DNA of 64,000 bases. Origin: Eledone cirrhosa (Eukaryota). Positions 54,439 through 64,000 of this stretch are shown here, piece after piece. The notes beneath the pieces are model-generated. The model saw only the letters and a list, made by a program, of their open reading frames with translations. It made no database searches and was not told the origin of the DNA. Numbering within the stretch: the stretch's first letter is position 1; every line of letters starts with the position of its first letter. The DNA is taken from NCBI GenBank assembly GCA_964016885.1, contig OZ024746.1, forward strand, positions 46,872,001-46,936,000. Reading direction: 5' to 3'. The translations under genes and the position numbers were made by a program.

Positions 54439-55561
54439 ATATATATATATATACATGTATGTGAACATATATAAATATATATATATAGAGAGAGAGAGAG
54501 AGACAGACAGAAAGAAGCAGATGAAAAGTTATTAGTAAAGACGTGTGAGACTATTATTCAACTTAGTTAAGGAAATAGTCTAAATATTATTGTAAATATT
54601 ATTATATGATCGTAAACCGTTTCGATGGTAAAATGGGAAATTAATCAAATCGTATTAACTTTGGTCAAGACTCTTCAGAGACGAAGGTCCACCTTAACTA
54701 AAAAATGAAGAGGAGGGTGCATTGGTGAAGTAGAAGAGAAATAGACAATGAAACCAAATTAATTTTTTAATCAAATTTAAATATTACAATCAAGATAAAA
54801 ATAAAATGAGATTCTTTTTCCTCACCAGTATCCTCCCAGTATCAAATATGTTAACACTAACTTACTGTTGCATTACCGTTTGCGTTTGAAATTCATAAAG
54901 TTTAAAAAGAATATCTTATAATGTCTGGTTGGAAATTCACAGCCTGGAGAATAGAGGGAATATCGTAACGAATTTAGAAATAGAGTAGTTTGAAAAGATA
55001 ATAAGATAGTGAAAATCAGTGCATTATATGATACAAACGAATTGATAGCATAATATGTATACATTTCATACCCAATAGGGAAATATCTGTTAAATCTACG
55101 ACAATCCGAAATCTATTTGTAATATTAAAGCCGTGGGGAAAATAGTTAGACACTTCAAAGAGATCAGTTGCTTGTCTTACTCTCGTGACAATTATAACAG
55201 TAAACAAAAATGCAATATGTGTGTTATAAACTCATCTGTCATCTTCGAACTGGGCTATCACGCATATGTAAGAATCAATATATTAACCCCTTTAGTAACG
55301 AACGTTAATCAAGGAACATTTGCTTCGAAGATACACCTATCAACAATTCGTAATGTAGCAATTCCCCCAAAAGCTAAATCACTTCCGACTTATAAAATTC
55401 GTGATTAAATAAATAATTTTAAACGGATGCAATAGAACTGTGTTATGAAGAACTAATTTCCGTAATTTTACGACACTTTGCCTACTATATCAAGCGTTAA
55501 CCGAATATATCACTTCATTGTACTGTATTGCTTGGTTTGTTTTTTCCGTTTACTTTTTGCA

Positions 55562-55610
<49 letters not shown>

Positions 55611-55665
55611 GTAATAATAATAAATTTTAATAAATCGATAAATATATATATATGTGTGTATATAT

Positions 55666-55780
<115 letters not shown>

Positions 55781-57516
55781 TCCTAGAGCATATCACTACG
55801 AGCATACTTGCATGAAGGTGTATGGAGAGCAGTTGTAAATAGGATTACATGATATGCTCATATGCAAAAAGAATTTTCAAAAAAAATGTTTGTGTCTTAC
55901 AGCGTCGCAGTTCTTGTAATTTGCTCACTGTACTGTTGACATTTCTCAGAGAAGGAAAGGGATCACACGAATTAAATTGAAATTAAAATAGCGTGCATTT
56001 TTATCGTTTTGTTTGTAGATGAATTCCAAGAGGAATGCACGGAACAATTATTTTATTTCAACTTATTATTATTATAGTTGAAACATTGTTATTTAACAAG
56101 TTGTCCAATAAAATCTTTTTCTTTTAGATTTTAATAAATCACTTCAAATGATTTCGCATAATATATTCATATGTATTTCAGCTGTGTTAAAATCCCTTGT
56201 TTGTAACTTGCAGCTAGTTCGTATCTTATCCATTTGTACTTCACCGTTCACACCACCAGCACAGTTATCATATTATAGATGTAAACCGTGTTGTTATTGC
56301 TTAAGTCCAGGTCAACTCTAATTCTTATACATGATGATTAAATTGAAATTTTCCAAGCTGCAAACACGAGGGTATTAGTTTCTTTCTTTCTTTTTTCACT
56401 TTCTTTCTTTTTTCTCTCTTTCCCTCTCTGGGGATAGTTCTTAATTCCTATCATATAATGTGATGGAAACACTCATAGGGAAAAGCTCCAGATATATTTC
56501 TAAAACATATCCTAGTATGATTACAACTATTAGTAAAAACTAGGGATTTGCCAATGCCTATCTCAAAATTGTTTAATCATATTTATACACAAACAATCGA
56601 CTTATTGCATCTGTAAATTGGTTTCTAGAAATTGCTGTAGCCATCTCAGTTCATATATATTGACACTGTCCTTCAGAACTGGAGTAATGGAGGATAGTTG
56701 TTACGAAACGACTGAGGATGTCGTTGACAGTAGAATATCAAAGAAAATACCTTGTAATATATCGTTATGACCTACCTAATTTTGAGTTACATTCCGTTCT
56801 TCTTATTTCGATTAATTAATTACGTCGCGTTAAGTACTAAAATTCATATAATCGATTGGCCACAGACAAGAGAACAAAACCAATAGAAAAATAAAACAAT
56901 TCTATAATCAACCTTATTGAATAATATCAAAGTTATCTTTCAGCTCTCAGATTCGTTGAAGCATTTTCCAATTGATTATATAAATTGACATTTTTGTTCC
57001 AGTGTTTTTCCTTTCTGTTATCTCTTTATAATGTTTTCATGTTTCGAGTCAATTTGTTAGCAATCAAATCTCCAGACTAATAATTGTTCATAGTATATCA
57101 TCTTAAAGCAATATTTAACCTCAGATTTTAAACACTATTATGATACTCCAGCAAACAAAATGGCGTATTTAATTAATCTCACTTCAGCAAACAATCTCTC
57201 GTAATTCACAAGCTTGTGCAAATTATAAAATATCAGAACATTGAGTGGAAAATTAAAATAGCAATTAGATGGATTCTATTTGAAGCAAAATCATAATGGA
57301 AAGAGATTTATCTATTTCATTTATGATTTTCTAAAATATAGTTTCATATACATTCACAAAATATATCAGATGTTTTTATTCGTCATTTTATGACATTATT
57401 ATAGCGTTAAGAATATATGCAACCTGTGTGAATGATTTAAAAACAAATCAGTCAAATATACCTGCATACATACAAGTTAATGAATTTATAGAAATTTATC
57501 TTCAAGAGAGTAAACA

Positions 57517-57704
<188 letters not shown>

Positions 57705-58326
57705 ATTTATGTATAGTGGGCTATGTAGATTTTTGTAGTGCATGTGGTTCATTGTAAGGTAAAAAGTGTAAGCTGTAGAGAGCTGAGAGGAAGAAGCTAG
57801 AATATGACAAATATTATAATATACTCTCTAACACTTCAGCAAACCTCTCCTTGGAATGTTATCATAAATTGTTTCATCAATATCATTCAAATACGTCATC
57901 AGTAATTTCTCAGTGATTTCATCAAACATTTCGCAAGATTTCTTGAAATATTTTCTTTCAAAAATTCAACAAATCCTTCCCGAATTTCCCCAAAGTTCCA
58001 TTATAAAATATTATGAACATCTTCCACAAATATATTTCAATCATTTTTCCAAAAATATTCATCAAAACATTTTGAGAAATTTTCGTTAAAATACCTCAAA
58101 CATAAAGAATTTCCTGAAATCCTTACTTTAAAATTTCATTTTAAATCATCAAAATGTTTCCGAAAAGTTCACCAAAAATATGCATCAAAACATTTTCCAA
58201 ACTGTATCACCAACCTCATCTATTTCATCATATATTTCTTTAACCCCTAAACATATCACCAAAATTATCCCCAGAGGTTTCTCGAAACGTCTTTTCAAAG
58301 ATTTAATGAAACGTTTCACAAATAAT

Positions 58327-58396
58327 TGTTTCTACTTTAGGCACAAGGCCAGCAATTAACCAGTACATTACTGGTACTTTATTTTATCGACCCCGT
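58327..58396 (-). mobile_element. 5'-truncated SINE with 17-bp TSD inside a degenerate AT-rich low-complexity tract (~57830-58730)
   Basis: AACGTTTCACAAATAAT at 58310-58326 and 58397-58413. Confidence 0.88.
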
Positions 58397-59006
58397 AACG
58401 TTTCACAAATAATGTTTCCAATATTTCACTAAGATATTCCTCAAATTATTTTTTATTTTACCCCCAAAATATCACCAAATTGTCCCCCATAGAAAACATC
58501 CTCAACGTTTCACCAAGATGTTTACAAAATGTCTTTCAAAGATTAAATCAATTCTTTTTACAAATGTTTCGAAAAATTCCAAAAGAATGTCATTGAAATT
58601 AAAAGTTTCTTAACAAATTTGATTAAACATTTTTCTACTAAATTTTCAGAAAGATTGTTTCAAAGATTCCATTAAATATTGTATGAAAAACTTCAAAATT
58701 CATAGCGAATGGTCTTCAAAATGTTTTTAATTAAACATACAGTATATTATCAAATATACTATACATACATTCATATATATATACATATATATATATATAT
58801 ATTTTCATTTAAGTTTGGTAGTTCACCACTGGATAGAACTGGTCATTCCGTATAGTTAACCCTGATGTGATAATAGTGAAAGCACTCGACGTTACGCAAT
58901 TCAGCCATCTTTGTTTTGTGTTGAATCCTGTTGGAGTTAAATTTCATTGAGTATCATGACAGGAGGCCGGAATGGCGAAATTCCTTCACAGTTTATATAT
59001 ATATAG

Positions 59007-59845
59007 TTATACTTGGGAGGGTCATATTTGCGTAATATTGCCAAAATTAATAACAGAACACACTCACTGTTTGGTTGGTTTTCGCTTCTCGCTGTCTTTT
59101 ATATCTGCGATCTAACTTACTCGGTCCTAAATGTTGCCATTGACTGACCGACGGTCAAAAATAATACAGATACAATATAGACACAAACACATATATATAG
59201 TTTACATAATTTACATAAATCTTTCGTTGCACATCTGTTCCAAACAAACAACACTGACCTAAGAGAAGTATAAATAAGTAAATAAAATAAAATAAAATAA
59301 GATAAATAAATACATATACAAGCACAATAACAACAAGCACATAAACACACACTAGTCACCCAGCAGACACAACACTATACACACTAGTCACACAGCACAC
59401 ATAACACTATACACACGCAAACGCATGCGCAAAGAAGACAAAATAAAATAAGATAAACAAACAAGCAAATAAATAAATAAATATATAGACAGACTGAATA
59501 AAAAATGGCGTAGACATACAACACAACAGGAGGAACAAAGAATATAACACCACTGACGATGTTGCAGATGTGCAACGAAAGATTTATGTAAATTATGTAA
59601 ACTATATATATGTGTTTGTGTCTATATTGTATCTGTATTATTTTTGACCGTCGGTCAGTCAATGGCAACATTGAGGACCGAGTAAGTTAGATCGCAGATA
59701 TAAAAGACAGCGAGAAGCGAAAACCAACCAAACAGTGAGTGTGTTCTGTTATTTATTCTGGCAATATTACGCAAATATGACCCTCCCCAAGTATAACAAT
59801 ATCTGTTTCGACACACGATTTCATATAAAAAACCTCGCTAAACTA
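59007..59845 (+). mobile_element. Non-coding PLE derivative with ~230-bp inverted arms, HHR core at 59553-59590 and 3' tail, in (TA)n
   Basis: Arms 59007-59238 / ~59565-59797; CTGACGA-tGTTGCA gatg TGCAAC-GAAA; left arm has only the 3' half. Confidence 0.85.
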
Positions 59846-59963
59846 TATATATATATATATATATATATGTAGGAGGTGAGTTTTATTGTAGTACAATAAA
59901 GCAATGCAGATATCGGATAAGTAGCACTCTACAGTTTGTAGGACTGGAGTATAAATAATATAT

Positions 59964-60286
59964 AAGATCAAAAGATGGTTAAAAGAGTTCCATGTATTTT
60001 ATTATGCGCATTTCAAAAACAAATATCATCACGCAATAACATTTGCGTTTTCGTCAGATAAAATAGGGAGACATGATATGAAGGTTAAAACACACTTGTG
60101 AATAGTGCAGGGTTTAAATCAACATATGTTGATTTAAAACTGCACTATTCACAAGTGTTTTTTAACCTTCATATCATGTTTCCCTATTTTATCTGACGAA
60201 AACGCAAATGTTATTGCGTGATGATATTTGTTTTTGAAATGCGCATAATAAAATACATGGAACTTTTTTAACCATCTTTTGATCTT
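59964..60286. repeat. Near-perfect ~320-bp palindrome with one HHR per arm
   Basis: Centre AACAT|ATGTT at 60125/60126. Confidence 0.93.
60185..60255 (+). ncRNA. Type I hammerhead (mirror copy on minus at 59995-60065)
   Basis: TATTTTAT-CTGACGA-aaacgCAAATGTTATT gcgt GATGATATTTGttttt-GAAA-TGCGCA-T-A-ATAAAATA; perfect 8-bp stem I, palindromic stem III; cut after 60247. Confidence 0.85.
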
Positions 60287-60287
60287 T

Positions 60288-60409
<122 letters not shown>

Positions 60410-60518
60410 TGTGCGCGTGCGTGTGCGCGTGTGTGTGTGTGTGTGTGTGTGTGTATTGCCAATACTGGAATTGTATAATCATGACAGTAGCGGTATGTCA
60501 TATATCAAATCATATAAC

Positions 60519-60578
60519 TTATCTGATGAAGACGTACTGGAAAAAAACAAGACAGTACTTTTGAAATATATATAATAA
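60519..60578 (+). ncRNA. Type I hammerhead-like motif
   Basis: TTAT-CTGATGA-AGAcGTACTG..CAGTACtTTT-GAAA-TATATA-T-A-ATAA; short AU-only stem I. Confidence 0.6.
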
Positions 60579-62239
60579 AGCATATATTTTGATTATGTGA
60601 ACACAACAGTTAAAATGTGTGATAGCAAGAAAAGCGGCCAAGGCTATGGCCATACACATAACACAACAACGATAGAAAGAGAAAGATTATATATATAGTC
60701 TATTGAAAATTTAGAGTTGTTTAATGAACCTGTGAGTGTGTATGTGAAGCTCCAGAGTAACACTTCTCGGTACCTATTCATAATAAATGAATATTTAAAC
60801 ACTACAAGCGTCCGTCAACTACATATATATTTATACATATATATGTGTGTGAACTACATACGTATTTTACAGTGTGTGTGTGTATATATATATATGTGTG
60901 TGTGTCTGTGTTAATGTGTAAAGGAATTGTTTTATTTTTATAATGTGTTGTTTTCTGTAAGCGACATTTTTTTGTAAAGCAATATAGATAAATATCATAT
61001 TTTGCATATGAGTGTTATTAATCTCTGAGTGGGTGGTGAATACGCATTTTATACTTGTGTTTATGTTCATGTGTGTAGATGTATGTCAGTGTGTTTGTGT
61101 ATACGTGGGTGTATGTACTTGACTGCATCTGCGTGAGTTAGTATGAGAAAAATGAGGTGTTTGTGTACTTTAGCCTATCTGATATATTAGTGCGAAAAAT
61201 GGCTCGGTGTAAAGGAGATAAACATTGATATTTGTAATTCTTTACTCTGGCAGTAAAATAGCTAAATCAATACCAATGGATACAAAAATACCCACACGAA
61301 TCAATAGTGATTGAAGATGTGACAAACATCGTAGAGCAAGCGATAAAATCTCATGGAATAGAGTATATGAATTGGTTTAGGAAACTTGTCTGAAAATAAT
61401 TAGGCTTTTCCATACCTCTAATGCTTTTTAAAAGGCGTTACATTCACAGTTACATAAATCTCCTCATCCATACCTCATACCTTTATAGCCATGAATCTCA
61501 ATACCGCATATCTATATAGTTTTAAGATGGCTAGTGTTGTTTTCTGTTTGCTGTGTTTCAATAGTGAGTGAGCCCGAAGGAAGTCTGCTCCAGTGATAGG
61601 CTGATGGGCATCAGCGACGGTGAATGTCCATGTATATTACTGTGAGCCTATGTGGAGGGAGAGAGTACGGTACCTGTAAGCTTTGATTGTAGAATCATTG
61701 GCAGCTGTCACTGACTCCCCTCTCTATAACGGAGGTCGTTTGCAGATGCCGGGATGACACTGACTTCTACTTCTGTATTGATTAAGAATCTGACTGGAGA
61801 TCTGATCATAGACATACAGGACAGTTGATCATGTTTGCCGACCACTAGGGTGTTTATTGGTGGTTGGTCCTAGAGTTTCTCCCGGAGTCAATGATGAAGA
61901 GCTATTGAAGTTACAAGGTTACTTGGTATCTTTTGCTTCAAATTTCTTGTGAAAGAAACACATATCACTTTACGTGACCTCATTGTCTTGTGGTTGACCT
62001 CGTGGTGTTGATTCTCCCTCATTACACCCTTTTCCGCCTCCTTCCCACACTTTCACACTACGTATCCCTCTTTACCCCTCTTCCCTACTTTTCCCTATTT
62101 CTTTAACCTGCTGTCTTCCTTCCTCTTTTCCATCCTTCCTTCCCTTGATATTTTTCCTCCCCTTCTTCCACTTCTGCCTCTTCCGACCCACTCTCCCCCC
62201 CCCTTACTCCACTTCCTACCCTCTTTCTCTCTTTCTTGA

Positions 62240-62820
62240 TTTCACCCACCACTTTACCTACCATTTTACCCACTATGAGTATTTTACCCACAATTTTACC
62301 CAATATTATCATTTTCCCTACCACTTTACACACAATAATCATTTTACCCACCTTTTGCCCATTGAAATCGTTTTACCGACCATTTTAGCCACAATAATTA
62401 TTTTTACCCACCATTTACCCACAATAATCCTTTCTTTATTCGGGGTGATCCGTTTTATATTTGGGGGGGGGGCGTTTTTTATTCGGGGGGATCCATTTTT
62501 TATTTGAAGGGGGACGTTTTTTATTTGGGGGGATCCGTTTTTTATTTGAGGGGGGGGGGGGGGCGTTTTTATTTGGGGGGATCCGTTTTTTATTTGAGGG
62601 GGGGGGGCGGTTTTTTACCCACAATAATCATTTTACCGACAACTTGACCCACAATAAACATTTTACCCACCTTTTACCCACAATAATCATATTACCCACT
62701 ATTTACCCATAATAATTATTTTACGCACCATTTACCCACAATAATCCTTTTTCTATTGGGGGGAGGGTCCGTTTTGTATTTCGGGGGATCCGTTTTTTGG
62801 GGGGGGGGTTATTTGGGGAA
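62240..62820. repeat. Composite minisatellite: TTTTACCCAC-type units interleaved with GGGGGATCCGTTTTTTATTT-type units
   Basis: C-rich blocks 62240-62430 and 62612-62750; G-rich blocks 62440-62610 and 62757-62818. Confidence 0.85.
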
Positions 62821-63182
62821 TGTATGTATGTTTGTGTGAATGTATGTGTATTTGTGTGAATTATGTCCGTGAGGATGTATTTTTATAAGTTTGTGTTTGC
62901 GCGATTATAGTTATATACTCATAATAGTTATATACTCATACATATAGATGTATGTATGTGCACACTCATACGCGTCAGTGTGTAGAAAATCGTAATCTCT
63001 CTATCTCTCTCATCACAAACTCTCTCTCTCTTTCTATATATATGGTAGTTGAAGTGGTGGTCGTGGCGACGATATACCGGAAGTGGAACTTTGAAAAGAA
63101 GTCAATTTTAAATTATTTATTAATACGAAATTATTTATTTACGAAATTTAGCACATAAATTATGTTATATTCATTCATTCGA

Positions 63183-63432
63183 ACTGAGTTCAAATCCCAC
63201 CGAAGTTAACTTTGCCTTTCATCCTTACGGGGTCGATAAAATAAAGTACCAGTAATGTACTGGGTAATTGCTGGCCTTGTGCCAAAAGTAGAAACAATTA
63301 TTTATTCAAATTTCAAATCCAGCCAAGGTTAACTTTGCCTTTCATCCTTACGGGGTCGATAAAATAAAGTACCAGTAATACACTGGGTAATTGCTGGCCT
63401 TGTGCCAAAAGTAGAAACAATTATTTATTCAA
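63183..63432 (+). mobile_element. Tandem duplicate (period ~122 bp) of SINE 3' portion
   Basis: Two near-identical ttcaaatcc..gtagaaacaattatttattcaaa units. Confidence 0.9.
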
Positions 63433-64000
63433 AGTAATCCAATTTATTTTACTAACTGGATTAAAAGAAATAAACCGTACGCAGCCATTGCTTTATTATA
63501 GTTTAGATTGTTACTGTTCTTCGATTCAGCTAGCTACTAATATTTCCATACAGACTTTTAGATTTTGATTATTTATTCATTTAATTTAGGGATATATTAG
63601 CCTGTGTTGGCACAGGCTAATATATCGATCATGAGGCACTTGTTTTCCTGGTGGCCCACGTTAACTAGATTCGGTCAATTGTTTTTTTCTTGAGATCATT
63701 ATCTGTATTGATTGATATATCCCAGAGTAAAAATTGTTCGAAATCTTTTCTAATACATTTTTCAACCAGCTCCTTTCGGTCGGTATTTCATAGGTCGGGT
63801 ATAAATGGAAGTACAAAAAAGCAGCAACTATCAAACGACTGTAAACATATTCTCTGGGCCTACGTGAGGATGGCAAGCAACGATGGAATTAATGTTTCCT
63901 AATCTGACGCTGCTTATTATATTATTTGTACTACTTCTTTGATTGACATAACCTCCCATGTTTATCCATTTGCGACACTCATTAGTGCTGCATTGTTTTT

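Overview
AT-rich eukaryotic intergenic or intronic DNA, most likely cephalopod (Octopus-like, judged from the SINE family, very dense (TA)n/(CA)n/(GA)n/(TATG)n tracts and a TTAGGG repeat). No host gene is recognisable; most predicted ORFs are microsatellite artefacts. Coding remnants are all retroelements: a young frameshifted RTE LINE with three C-terminal C2H2 fingers, a GC-rich CRE-clade LINE, R4/Dong-like fragments and three Penelope-like (PLE) GIY-YIG fragments. The main hidden signal is RNA-level. Read by eye, the window holds about 24 complete or near-complete type I hammerhead ribozyme (HHR) cores plus about 8 3' halves, from several unrelated families. The centrepiece is a 4.3-kb near-identical 591-bp tandem array (5302-9642) with an internal inversion. 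Each unit carries an HHR with a compensatory U3-A8 core (UUGAUAA), a branched stem II and a palindromic stem III, i.e. a retrozyme or PLE pLTR multimer predicted to release 591-nt RNAs. Many other HHRs sit back-to-back in 120-320 bp palindromes in or beside (TA)n, with inversion points repeatedly in or just upstream of the ribozyme. All folds are manual predictions; no searches were run.
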